From assembly GCA_023420115.1 (NCBI GenBank), contig JAEZWR010000036.1:2522-66521 (forward strand): 64,000 nucleotides of DNA, read 5' to 3'. The notes under the pieces are model-generated. The model searched no databases, was not told the DNA's origin, and worked only from the letters and a program-made list of their open reading frames with translations. The stretch's first letter is position 1; every line of letters begins with the position of its first letter. The translations under genes and the position numbers were made by a program. This document shows positions 47,967-57,625 of the stretch, piece by piece. This DNA comes from Bacillota bacterium. GTDB taxonomy: Bacteria; Bacillota; Clostridia; Saccharofermentanales; Fastidiosipilaceae.

Positions 47967-50219
47967 CTAGATTCTACTATGGAAAGTTCTTTGAATAACT
48001 TCCTTCTTTTGCTCCTCAGACAAACTATTAAAATGTACAGCATATCCAGATACACGAATAGTCAAGTTAGGATATTTATCGGGATTACGAAGAGCCTCTT
48101 CAAGAAGCGCTCTCTGAAGAACATTAATATTTAGGTGGAAGGCATTTTGAGCAAAATATCCGTCGAGAATAGTTGTTAAATTTTCTTCCTGTTCCTCAAT
48201 ATCTGTACCTAAGCTACTTGGAACAATTGAGAAAGTATTGGATATACCATCTTGGCAGACTGCTCTATATGGGAGTTTAGCAACAGAGTTGAGAGAAGCC
48301 AAAGCACCGCTGTGATCTCTTCCGTGCATTGGATTTGCACCTGGAGCAAAAGGCTCACCAGCTTTTCTTCCGTCTGGGGTACTACCTGTCTTCTTGCCAT
48401 AAACTACATTTGAAGTGATGGTGAGAAGAGATAAGGTATGTTCGGCATTACGATAAGTAGGATGCTTCTTGAGCTCGTTGCTAAAGAAGCTAACTAGCTC
48501 TACAGCAATTTGATCAACTCTATCATCGTCATTTCCAAATTTTGGGAAGTCTCCTTCGACTTCGAAATCTGTACTTATACCATCTTCATTCCTAATAGGC
48601 TTAACCTTAGCATATCTAATTGCACTCAAGGAGTCGGCGGCGATTGAAAGACCTGCAATACCAAAGGCCATATATCTGTGGATATTAGCATCATGAAGTG
48701 CCATCTGACCTCTTTCATATGCATACTTATCATGCATATAGTGGATACTATTCATTGTGTTTACATAAAGACCGGCAAGCTTCTCAAGAACCAACTTGTA
48801 ATTTCTCATTACTGTATCATAGTCTAAGACATCCTCTTCTATAGCGGGGATACCTTCAAAGACCTGGATGGCTTTGCCACTCTTCTTATCCTTTTTCATT
48901 TCATCATAGCCGCAGTTAATAGCATAAAGAAGTGATTTAGCTAAGTTTGCTCTTGCGCCAAAGAATTGCATATCCTTACCAATACGCATGGCAGAAACAC
49001 AGCAGGCAATACCGTAATCATCACCGTAGATTGGTCTCATTAGATCGTCGTTCTCATATTGTAGAGAGTCAGTCTTAATGGAAAGACCAGTACAGTAATT
49101 CTTAAAAGCAACAGGCAACTCATTTGACCAAAGAACAGTCATATTAGGTTCAGGTGCTGGCCCTAAATTTTCTAATGTATGGAGGAAACGGAAAGCGGTT
49201 TTGCTTACTAGAGTACGTCCATCAAGACCAGTTCCACCTATAGATTCTGTGATCCAAGTAGGGTCTCCACCGAATAATTCATCATATTCAGGTGTTCTTA
49301 AGTGTCTAACCAGACGAAGCTTGATAACTAGTTGGTCAATTAATTCCTGCGCTTCGATCTCTGTAATTGAGCCATTATCTAAATCCTTTTGGATATAGCA
49401 GTCTAAGAAAGTTGTGTTCCTACCAAAACTCATAGCTGCACCATTATTTTCCTTGACTGCTGCAAGGTAAGCAAGGTACAAGGATTGTACTGCTTCGTGA
49501 GCAGTTTCAGCTGGTTTTCTTATGTTGCAACCGTATGCTTCACCGAGTAATGCAATTTCCTCTAGTGCCCTCAGTTGTTCTGAAATTTCTTCGCGCATCC
49601 TTATTACTTCATCAGATGCAGCTTGTTTTTCTAATTCGATTTTTTCTTCTAGTTTCTTACTCTTAAGGAAGTCAATGCCGTAAAGAGGAACTCTTCTATA
49701 GTCACCTATAATTCTTCCTCTACCATAAGCATCAGGAAGACCAGTTAAAAGACCAACTGTTCTAGCCTTGCGCATATCGGAGGTGTAGGCATCAAAAACA
49801 CCGTCGTTGTGTGTCTTGCGATATGACAAAAAAGCCTCTTCGAGTTTGGGGTTCATTTCTTTGTTTGAGGCTGCTAGTGATGCCTGAACCATCCTATATC
49901 CACCATAAGGATTTACAATTCTCTTTAAGGGCTCATCGGACTGGAGCCCCACAATTATTTCGTTATCCTTATCCATATATCCTACAGGTAAGGTGTTGAT
50001 TCCAGAGAAGTGTTCGGTGTCGACCTTTTTTTCTTGACTCATAACATCTTTATTGATTAGAGCCTCGGCCTGCTTCCATAATTTTTCAGTTCTTTCACTT
50101 GCTTCTGCAAGAAATGCTGCATTTCCCTCATAGGGAGTATAGTTCTTCTGAATGAAGTCGCGAACATTAATTTCGTTCTGCCATTCACCAGATTTAAAAC
50201 CATTCCACTCTTTAAACAT
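47967..50219 (-). CDS. pflB: formate C-acetyltransferase (pyruvate formate-lyase)
   Basis: 750 aa. Active-site IACCVSAM and glycyl-radical motif [18 protein letters not shown]. Confidence 0.95.
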   Translation of the reverse strand: MFKEWNGFKSGEWQNEINVRDFIQKNYTPYEGNAAFLAEASERTEKLWKQAEALINKDVMSQEKKVDTEHFSGINTLPVGYMDKDNEIIVGLQSDEPLKRIVNPYGGYRMVQASLAASNKEMNPKLEEAFLSYRKTHNDGVFDAYTSDMRKARTVGLLTGLPDAYGRGRIIGDYRRVPLYGIDFLKSKKLEEKIELEKQAASDEVIRMREEISEQLRALEEIALLGEAYGCNIRKPAETAHEAVQSLYLAYLAAVKENNGAAMSFGRNTTFLDCYIQKDLDNGSITEIEAQELIDQLVIKLRLVRHLRTPEYDELFGGDPTWITESIGGTGLDGRTLVSKTAFRFLHTLENLGPAPEPNMTVLWSNELPVAFKNYCTGLSIKTDSLQYENDDLMRPIYGDDYGIACCVSAMRIGKDMQFFGARANLAKSLLYAINCGYDEMKKDKKSGKAIQVFEGIPAIEEDVLDYDTVMRNYKLVLEKLAGLYVNTMNSIHYMHDKYAYERGQMALHDANIHRYMAFGIAGLSIAADSLSAIRYAKVKPIRNEDGISTDFEVEGDFPKFGNDDDRVDQIAVELVSFFSNELKKHPTYRNAEHTLSLLTITSNVVYGKKTGSTPDGRKAGEPFAPGANPMHGRDHSGALASLNSVAKLPYRAVCQDGISNTFSIVPSSLGTDIEEQEENLTTILDGYFAQNAFHLNINVLQRALLEEALRNPDKYPNLTIRVSGYAVHFNSLSEEQKKEVIQRTFHSRI

Positions 50220-50436
50220 AAGTTCCTCCTATTTCTCAGAATATAAATAATTAAAATTATTTAATTCGACAATCAATTACATAAGTCCATAAATTCTGTT
50301 GAAATGATATAAAATCTGTATACTATGTTGCAGTGTTTATACTCACTTAAGTTTTGTGATTTGGAACACACAAAGAACAAGTACAAAAAAAGTATTAGAA
50401 GAAATGTGTAATAAAACAGAGAGATTAATTTTAGTC

Positions 50437-50454
50437 AACACTGCGGTGCTTTTT
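50437..50454 (+). repeat. near copy AACACTGCGGTGCTTTTT (16/18)
   Basis: Intergenic, between the pflB and maa starts. Confidence 0.6.
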
Positions 50455-50519
50455 ATTATTTGAAATGTATTTCGTTGATATGAGATAGTATTTGATGTGA
50501 TTTTATATAAGGAGAGCTT

Positions 50520-51239
50520 ATGGCAGAAAATAATATTAAGGACAATGTTAATTGTGAAGTTAATGTAGGCAAAGAAACCCTTGAAGATTTTTATAAGAAA
50601 ATGCATTCTGGTCATTTATATGATCCTATGAATGATGAAATATTAAATGTTCAACTTAAGTATTTAGATGATGTTCAGGAATATAACAGGCTTAAACATA
50701 GCGACCTTGAGGGAAGGTGGAAGAAGCTTAAAAGTATGTTTGCTGAAATAGGTGAAGGGTCGTATATAGAGATCCCATTTAATTCTAACTTTGGAGCTAG
50801 ACATTGTTATTTTGGTAAGTGCGTTTATGCTAATTATAATCTTTCATTAGTTGATGATACGGAGATTCATGTAGGTGACTACACTATGTTTGGACCAGGG
50901 GTTGTATTAGCGACAGCTGGTCATCCTATTAATCCCGAAATGCGCGAAGGTCTTAATTTACAATTTAATCGACCGATACATATAGGTAGAAATTGTTGGC
51001 TCGGTGCCGGAGTAATTGTCCTTCCGGGAGTGACAATTGGAGATAATACTGTTATTGGAGCAGGCTCTGTTGTTAGTAAGGATATACCAGCAAATGTTGT
51101 GGCAGTTGGAAGTCCATGTAAGGTAATGAGAGAGATTTCCGAAAGAGATAGAGAGTACTACTATAAGGACTTGGCGATACCGAAGAGCTTTTTTGAGCTT
51201 GTCAAGGCGCGTAAAGATAATGATAGTGATAATGAGTAA
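50520..51239 (+). CDS. maa: sugar O-acetyltransferase (maltose/galactoside acetyltransferase family)
   Basis: Left-handed beta-helix hexapeptide repeats (IGRNCWLGAGVIVLPGVTIGDNTVIGAGSVV) and the Mac-type N-terminal region (MHSGHLYDP). AAGGAG RBS. Confidence 0.85.
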   Translation: MAENNIKDNVNCEVNVGKETLEDFYKKMHSGHLYDPMNDEILNVQLKYLDDVQEYNRLKHSDLEGRWKKLKSMFAEIGEGSYIEIPFNSNFGARHCYFGKCVYANYNLSLVDDTEIHVGDYTMFGPGVVLATAGHPINPEMREGLNLQFNRPIHIGRNCWLGAGVIVLPGVTIGDNTVIGAGSVVSKDIPANVVAVGSPCKVMREISERDREYYYKDLAIPKSFFELVKARKDNDSDNE

Positions 51240-51246
51240 TATAGTT

Positions 51247-51264
51247 AAAAAGCACTGCCGTGTT
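51247..51264 (-). repeat. copy of AACACGGCAGTGCTTTTT on the - strand
   Basis: The + strand reads AAAAAGCACTGCCGTGTT, starting 8 nt after the maa stop. Confidence 0.8.
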
Positions 51265-51473
51265 TTATTTGCTTAAAATATTTTGGCAAAATAATTAAAA
51301 TGTCTATAATCGTATATAATATTAAGATGATGAATTTCTCATAATAAATTGACTTGAATTTGAGTGATTATGGTTAGCTACTTTTATGAATTACATTTGT
51401 TTTATGAAGTGAATTGGATTATTAATAAATAAAGAAGTATTTGAGATGTTGTATTTACTTTGGAGGGGTTTTT

Positions 51474-52703
51474 ATGGATTTATTTGATAAATGTCATGAA
51501 TATAGTAGAGTCGATATGGCAATTGAAATGGGTATTTACCCATATTTTCACAAATTAACTACTGGCCAGGACACAGAGGTTATAATGGGCGGGCATCATA
51601 CATATATGCTTGGTTCTAATAACTATCTCGGTCTCACAGCTGATCCTAGGGTAAAAGAAGCCGCAATAAAGGCAATAGAGAAATATGGTAGTGGCTGCTC
51701 CGGAAGTAGATTCTTAAATGGAAATTTAGATATCCACGAAGAACTGGAAACTGAACTTGCTGATTTTCTTAATAAAGAAGCTTGTATGATGGTATCAACT
51801 GGATTCCAGACTAATTTGGCTATTATTTCGGCGATTGCTGATAAAAATGATGTGATTCTTTCAGATTCAATGAATCATGCATCAATTATTGATGCTTGCA
51901 GATTGAGTTTTGCTCAAACTGTGAAGTATAAACACTCTGACATGAAAGATCTCGAAAGAAAATTAGCTTTTGCTAGATCAAAAGAAGAAGTTAAAGGAAT
52001 ACTGATTGTTACAGACGGTGTGTTTAGTATGGAGGGAGAGATTTGCAAGCTTGATGAAATTGTTCCTCTAGCTAAAAAATATAAGGCGAGAATTTTAGTC
52101 GACGATGCACATTCCCTCGGTGTCTTAGGTGAGGGAGGAAGAGGTACGGCCTCACATTTTGGACTTGAAAATGAAGTCGATTTAATAATGAATACTTTTT
52201 CTAAGAGCCTGGCGTCATTAGGTGGCTGTGTTGTCGGTGACAAGGAGGTTATCAAATATCTTCGTCATGTTTCTAGACCTTTTATTTTCAGTGCTAGTGT
52301 TCCTCCAGCTCAAGTTGCGTCTGCGAGAGAATCTCTTAAAATTTTAAGAGAGGAGCCAGAAAGGGTATTAAAGTTAAGAGAAAATGTTCGTTTGGCTAAG
52401 AAACTATTAGACGAGGCTCCGCATGTTACTCTATATGATAGTAAGAATGATATAGTGCCGATTCTCCCTCTCCTAACAGGCAGTGTAGGTAGAACTAGCT
52501 TTATGGCTAATTATCTTTTTGAAAATGAGATATATGTTAACCCAGTTTTCCCACCAGTTGTACCCAAGGAAGCTTGTTTGCTTAGAACAAGTCTTATGGC
52601 TACCCATACTGATGAGCAAATTCATAAGTCTGTTGAAATTATAGAGAGATGCTTCAAGGATGTAGCTAATATGGATCTTTCAGCACTTGATATTAATTTC
52701 TAA
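51474..52703 (+). CDS. alpha-oxoamine synthase family PLP enzyme, serine-palmitoyltransferase-like
   Basis: GIYPYFH, GSNNYLGL, YGSGCSGSRFLNGN, DDAHSLG, TFSKSLASLGG (PLP Lys) and RPFIFSASVPP. GGAGGGG RBS before the ATG at 51474. Confidence 0.8.
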   Translation: MDLFDKCHEYSRVDMAIEMGIYPYFHKLTTGQDTEVIMGGHHTYMLGSNNYLGLTADPRVKEAAIKAIEKYGSGCSGSRFLNGNLDIHEELETELADFLNKEACMMVSTGFQTNLAIISAIADKNDVILSDSMNHASIIDACRLSFAQTVKYKHSDMKDLERKLAFARSKEEVKGILIVTDGVFSMEGEICKLDEIVPLAKKYKARILVDDAHSLGVLGEGGRGTASHFGLENEVDLIMNTFSKSLASLGGCVVGDKEVIKYLRHVSRPFIFSASVPPAQVASARESLKILREEPERVLKLRENVRLAKKLLDEAPHVTLYDSKNDIVPILPLLTGSVGRTSFMANYLFENEIYVNPVFPPVVPKEACLLRTSLMATHTDEQIHKSVEIIERCFKDVANMDLSALDINF

Positions 52704-52763
52704 TATTTGATTAAGGAAAGAACTTAACAAATCAGCTAGTGGTTGGCTTAGGAAGAAAACAGT

Positions 52764-52922
52764 ATGAAAGGTATGACAAATAGTCAATTAGATAGCTTAC
52801 TAGCAAGTATTCAGAAAATGGTTGAACTCACAGTTGAGAAACTAGTTGATGATAAAGACTTAGCTAACAAAGTTAAGAAAGAAATAATAAAAAATCTTGA
52901 TGACTTGAAAACTAAGAAGTAA
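52764..52922 (+). CDS. small hypothetical protein (52 aa, helical, Lys/Asp-rich)
   Basis: Hand-translated ORF below the ORF-track cutoff: MKGMTNSQLDSLLASIQKMVELTVEKLVDDKDLANKVKKEIIKNLDDLKTKK. AGGAAG upstream. Confidence 0.35.
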   Translation: MKGMTNSQLDSLLASIQKMVELTVEKLVDDKDLANKVKKEIIKNLDDLKTKK

Positions 52923-53010
52923 CAAGCCACCAAGCTAAAAACGGATTGAGTGAACCGCCCACTCAATCTACACATTTATATATTACGGCGGTTGTAAAGG
53001 AATTGCAAGA

Positions 53011-53205
53011 GTGGCAGAGAAAAAAAGACGTTCAGTTTACAATCCAGAAGCACAGAAACGTTGGAATGATAAAAATAAAGAACGTGTCAATTATTTAGGT
53101 TCTCGTAGTTCTGCACGTAGTTTTATAAGAAACAAAGCAACAAAGGAAGACTTACAGGAACTGAAGATTTTAATTGAAGAACGTGAAAGATTATTAGAAG
53201 ATTAG
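53011..53205 (+). CDS. small basic hypothetical protein (64 aa)
   Basis: GTG-start ORF followed by a clean terminator. Arg/Lys-rich N-terminal half. The style recalls small accessory proteins of mobile elements, but I recognise no family. Confidence 0.4.
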   Translation: MAEKKRRSVYNPEAQKRWNDKNKERVNYLGSRSSARSFIRNKATKEDLQELKILIEERERLLED

Positions 53206-53229
53206 ATATTAAATAAGTCAACCACATAG

Positions 53230-53258
53230 AAGCACGCAGTTAAAAGCGTGCTTTTTTA
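53230..53258 (+). terminator. intrinsic terminator after the 64-aa ORF
   Basis: aagcacgc / gcgtgctt stem followed by tttttt. Confidence 0.7.
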
Positions 53259-53776
53259 TTACCTTAAGAAAGCGAACTAATGAAAAGAATATTAGCAGTT
53301 GAAAAGTATTGTGGTATTAGTGGTGGAGAAGTGGAAGTTCATATAATTTATATAACTCTTTTATATTTAATACAAACCCTATAATGCCGTTAATGCCGTG
53401 ATTTACAAGGATTTTACGCAACTACCAGCAGAGAACATTTAGGTGCAATTTTCTATGTTATCGATTATCAAAATGAACCCAAAACACAAACAAATCAAAC
53501 TAAATGTTGTCCCATTGGCTTAAGTGTTGCTGAGCTAAGCAAAATGAACGCATATTTTCATCTAATAAAAAAGTCTCCACGAGGTAAAAATTGATATGTA
53601 CCCCTTTTTGGACAATACAGTAAAGGAGATACATCTCATTCATCCTATGGTTAATCAAATTAGTAGTATATAAATGTCTGCCTTTAAGGAGAATCAAGGT
53701 GCCTCTACATTATAAAAAGATGGATGCTAAGATAAATAACGACATCCATCCTTTTCATAAATAAGGATTAAAGGCT

Positions 53777-54100
53777 TTATTGCATCGGATTTGCTCTTGC
53801 ATCTTGATCAAAGCCAGGAGGGTTACCCAATTTGGCTCGATCAATGTAGTCTCGCAAAAATCGTCGTGTCGCATCATCTGCACGTTGCGGACTCAAATAT
53901 CCCATGTCGAAGGGTTTTTCCAATAGTTTCTTGCGACAGAACTGATGTCGTATGCATATAAAAACTCATGTCTCTAATGCTGAGCAAGTTTTTAGCACAT
54001 AGAAGATCTTTGGCTCTCAAATAATAAGAGGCTCGCTATCGCTATCATCTATGACTCCACGTACACTGTGACAGAAGCGATGATTGCTACAATTCTAGAT
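53777..54100 (-). pseudogene. GC-richer patch with broken reading frames (gene remnant of unknown family)
   Basis: - strand fragments such as ...KKLLEKPFDMGYLSPQRADDATRRFLRDYIDRAKLGNPPGFDQDARANPMQ* and ...AKNLLSIRDMSFYMHTTSVLSQETIGKTLRHG, interrupted by stops and frameshifts. Visibly higher G+C than the flanks. Confidence 0.3.
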
Positions 54101-54382
54101 AACAAAAAATTAAAATTTATCCAGAATTTAACCGTCATATATGAATAAACACGAACGAGAAATTTTTCACAAATATATGTAGTGGGGGTATTTATTTCTC
54201 ATTCAACGATATAAGATTATAAAAACGAAATGAGTAAAAAGTCTAATATATGTGTTTACTGCATTTTTTAGTTTAAAACACCTCACATCTTTATAGATTA
54301 AAGGAGGTAGGGATCAGACAACAAAAATCCCCCAGTAGCACGAAGCCACCAGGGGAGAAAGTTTAATATCCTAATTTATTGA

Positions 54383-56089
54383 TTATTTCATCATCTCTAT
54401 GATACCTAGTTCTTTTGCACGATCCAAGCGTTGATTTTCTATTTCAAGTAATTTTTTAAGTCCTAGTTCATCCAACTCTTCTACTAGAATATCAAAGTCA
54501 TCCATAGATTCTTCACCTAAAATTAGATTAGCCGCAAGTTCTTTTGATCTAGTTGTTAAGTCGGAACTTAGTGCAAGCTTTAATTCCAATGTATCGTCGT
54601 CAAGGACAGGAAGATAACATTCTGTGCCCATAACAGTCTGAGGATATGTGCTATCAAGAAGCTCTTCTTGTACTATTGCCTTTTCGGGGAAAGTTTTTCT
54701 TATCATTTCAATTTCAGCGGAGATATCTACGAAGCGACGTTTAGGTAAGGTTCCATCTGTCCAAAGAAAATCTCCCAAAACCTTTCCTTCATTATAGGCT
54801 TGTTCGTAGGCATCGGTTGAGGTTATTGGTAGAAGTTCTTTTTTTCCATCCTTTATTTCAAATGTTTCACCCTCAATTCCCCACTGAGTTAGTTCAATAT
54901 ACTTATCAGAGCAGAGAAGATCTACTAGTCTAGCTATTGCTTCTTGATTTTGGCAGGCAGAAGTAAAACCGTGTCTGTAATTTACAAATCTCGGGGGTTC
55001 AATAGTAAGAAGAGGAGTGGAATCTAATTCTGTACTTAATGGTTTTAAGGGATAATAGTAAGCTTTGGCTGAGCTAACTTTTGCTTCATCCCATGATGCC
55101 ATCGTATAGTTTACTAGGGCTGCTGCCTTGTTATTTTCAATATTTTTATTGTCTTCAGTTGCTCCAATGACGGTTGGATCAATTAATCCTTCTTCTCTGA
55201 GTTTAATTAAATAGTTGAAATAATCTTTTATAGAGGATTGGTGCCAAGGACTTGTCACTTCGGAGATATTTCCGTCCTCGATTATAAAATTAGTTAAGCC
55301 AAAGACGAGACCGAAACTTTGAGCTAAGCCGTTAGAGAAATTAGAAAAGTCTACACTCATCACCTCGTCCTTTATCCCATTTTTGTTCATGTCATTTTCC
55401 TGAAATTGTTTGAGACAATTATAAAATTCATCTGTGGTTTCAGGCACCTTTAAGCCAAGTTCATCCAACCAATCTTTTCGGATAGTTGTTAGATAATTAG
55501 TAGAGGCTAGCTTATCTTTGTAAGTTGTTGTCTGAATTTGGGTGAGCCAATAAACGTGACCATCAGGAGCAGTAGATAGAGCCCACGAATGGTCGCCAAG
55601 ATTAGAACCTTTGGCAAAAAACTTAACTGCTGTTCCATCACTATACTTATTTATAGCTTCATCAATAGGGAGAATTAATCCATTTTTTGCCATTTTCAAT
55701 ATAGAAGCGTCTCCTAATGGCGTAATATCGGCAAAGTCAGGTAGATTACTACTTGATGCTATTCTAGTTTGTATCGTATTTCTATACTGTTCTCTTGCAA
55801 CTATTTCAAATTCAGGTTCTAAATTAAATTCATCAAATAAGGAATCTAAGGCGTGCCAGCTTGAATATCTGTCGCGCTCAGTCATTCTTATTTTTCCTCT
55901 CCATCCATCCTGACCTAGAATTTTAATCTTGAGTTTATCTTTAGAATTTTTATTTTCTTGAGATGTCAAGGAGGCTTCGTTGTTTGTTTCTGAATCTTCA
56001 GCATATATTGAAGTTTTCCCTAAAAGTAGAGTTGAGTTTAGGGCTAATGCTAGACTCAAAGTGAAAGATAGGACAAATCGCTTGCTCAT
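54383..56089 (-). CDS. extracellular solute-binding protein, LplA-like, without adjacent permease genes
   Basis: 568 aa with a signal peptide. Same large-SBP style as 1230-2810. AAGGAG RBS. Confidence 0.8.
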   Translation of the reverse strand: MSKRFVLSFTLSLALALNSTLLLGKTSIYAEDSETNNEASLTSQENKNSKDKLKIKILGQDGWRGKIRMTERDRYSSWHALDSLFDEFNLEPEFEIVAREQYRNTIQTRIASSSNLPDFADITPLGDASILKMAKNGLILPIDEAINKYSDGTAVKFFAKGSNLGDHSWALSTAPDGHVYWLTQIQTTTYKDKLASTNYLTTIRKDWLDELGLKVPETTDEFYNCLKQFQENDMNKNGIKDEVMSVDFSNFSNGLAQSFGLVFGLTNFIIEDGNISEVTSPWHQSSIKDYFNYLIKLREEGLIDPTVIGATEDNKNIENNKAAALVNYTMASWDEAKVSSAKAYYYPLKPLSTELDSTPLLTIEPPRFVNYRHGFTSACQNQEAIARLVDLLCSDKYIELTQWGIEGETFEIKDGKKELLPITSTDAYEQAYNEGKVLGDFLWTDGTLPKRRFVDISAEIEMIRKTFPEKAIVQEELLDSTYPQTVMGTECYLPVLDDDTLELKLALSSDLTTRSKELAANLILGEESMDDFDILVEELDELGLKKLLEIENQRLDRAKELGIIEMMK

Positions 56090-56392
56090 ATTAAACTCCT
56101 TTTTATTATGTTTCCCTTATTAATAGTTAATTATTGTAGTTGTATTAATAAGGGTAACTATTAATAGAATTACTACTATATATGATTAACATAGGTAAAG
56201 TGCATTTCATTTGTGCAATGCATACAAGTGGGATTAGATTAATTTATACGAGATTGTGCAAATGGTGAGTGATGCAGACGCGAGTATGAAGTTATAAGAA
56301 CAATATGTTCTATAGTTTTTATATAAAGATAAAATATTTTGATGTGTAGGAATTCATACACAAATAGAATTTAGAGTTTTTATTAAAAAAAT

Positions 56393-56413
56393 TTTTTAGA
56401 TAGTACCTAAAAA
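56393..56413. promoter_or_regulatory. inverted repeat TTTTTAG-n7-CTAAAAA just upstream of a putative -35, candidate metalloregulator operator
   Basis: 7-bp perfect arms. Followed by TTGAAG (56418-23), a 17-nt spacer and TAAACT (56441-46) ahead of the metal ABC operon. Confidence 0.25.
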
Positions 56414-56487
56414 TATCTTGAAGTGATGCTTAAAAGATGATAAACTCAAGAACGTAAACCAATAAATTTAGGCAGGAGAGTATATTT

Positions 56488-57438
56488 ATGAATATTGGTA
56501 GTGTTTTTTTAAAAAGATTCAGCCGGACTGTAGTTAGTTTTATGTTGGCTTTTGGGATTTTTCTTTCATTGGGCATTAAGAATTTTGCCGAGGAGAGCCA
56601 AAAGAAACATGTTACTGTTACAACATCATTCCTTATGGACATGTGTAAGAATTTAGTTGGAGATAAAGTTGATATTGATTTAATCATTCCAGCCGGACAG
56701 GATCCACACTTGTACGAGGCTAAGCCAGCAGATTTGGATAAGATAATTAATGCTGATTTGTTACTTTTCCATGGTCTCCACTTTGAGGGGAAAATGGCAG
56801 AGATTTTAGAACAGCACGGTGTGGCAGTTAGCAGTGATTTTCCTGAGGATAAGATTCTCAAAATGGAGGAAGAAGATGGATCAGAAGTAATAGATCCCCA
56901 CTTTTGGTTCGACATTGATTTGTATAAGTTAGCATGCAAAAAGACAGCAGAAAGTCTTATAACACTTCTTCCAGACGAAAAAGAAGTTATTGAGAGCAAT
57001 CTCAAAGAATATGATGAAAAATTAGATGAACTGAATAAGTATATAAAGGATAGAGTGGCTGAATTAGATAGCAAACAAAGATGCCTTGTTACACCACATG
57101 ACGCTTTTCAGTATTTTGCTAGGGCATATGGTTTTGAGGTCATGGCTCCGCAAGGGGTGAGTACTGATTCTGAGGTTGCTAATAAGGATATTGAGGAAGT
57201 AGCAGGGAAAATTGTCGATAAAGGGATAAAGGCTATATTTGCTGAAAGTTCAACTAATCCTCAACGAATGAAGAAACTCCAAGAAGTTGTCAAAAGTAAG
57301 GGTGGGGAAGTAAAAGTTTTATCTGAAGAAAGCGAGCAGTTATTTTCAGACTCTTTGGCAACAGAGGGACAAAAAGGTGATAACTATATTGATATGTACA
57401 AGCACAATATCGATATGATTGTTGATAATTTGAAATAG
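56488..57438 (+). CDS. metal (Mn/Zn/Fe) ABC transporter substrate-binding protein, TroA/ZnuA/MntC cluster-9 family
   Basis: DPHLYEAKPAD and DPHFWFD motifs, then a long linker helix. GGAGAG RBS. Confidence 0.88.
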   Translation: MNIGSVFLKRFSRTVVSFMLAFGIFLSLGIKNFAEESQKKHVTVTTSFLMDMCKNLVGDKVDIDLIIPAGQDPHLYEAKPADLDKIINADLLLFHGLHFEGKMAEILEQHGVAVSSDFPEDKILKMEEEDGSEVIDPHFWFDIDLYKLACKKTAESLITLLPDEKEVIESNLKEYDEKLDELNKYIKDRVAELDSKQRCLVTPHDAFQYFARAYGFEVMAPQGVSTDSEVANKDIEEVAGKIVDKGIKAIFAESSTNPQRMKKLQEVVKSKGGEVKVLSEESEQLFSDSLATEGQKGDNYIDMYKHNIDMIVDNLK

Positions 57439-57471
57439 TGTCTAAGCTTATTTGACTATTAATAATTGAAT

Positions 57472-57501
57472 AAGACCCGGACAGTACTCTGTTCGGGTCT
57501 T
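57472..57501 (+). terminator. hairpin after the metal SBP gene
   Basis: aagacccg / cgggtctt stem. Weak T-tract. Confidence 0.45.
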
Positions 57502-57502
57502 G

Positions 57503-57530
57503 TATATGTTAGTTATATGTTAGTTATGTG
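57503..57530. repeat. short tandem repeat, 11-nt unit TATATGTTAGT x2 plus a partial third
   Basis: Direct reading of tatatgttagt tatatgttagt tatgtg. Confidence 0.6.
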
Positions 57531-57625
57531 TTTGTAAAATTAAATTGATTAATTTGCTATATACAACTGAGACACACTCATAAATATGCTTTTATACTAT
57601 ATGAATACTTATATTGGGAGCAATT

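Noticed and set aside
50245-50262. Palindrome AAATAATT-aa-AATTATTT in the pflB 5-prime region
   Set aside because: Composed only of A/T in an AT-rich genome, so the chance occurrence is high.
53500-53697. 65-aa - strand ORF in the gene-poor patch
   Set aside because: No RBS and implausible composition (MILLKGRHLYTTNLINHRMNEMY...). It lies in a region with several stops in all frames and is probably spurious.
57503-57530. 11-nt tandem duplication TATATGTTAGT x2 after the metal SBP gene
   Set aside because: Only two and a half AT-rich units in an intergenic spacer. Likely slippage, with no evidence of function. Listed as a repeat feature only.
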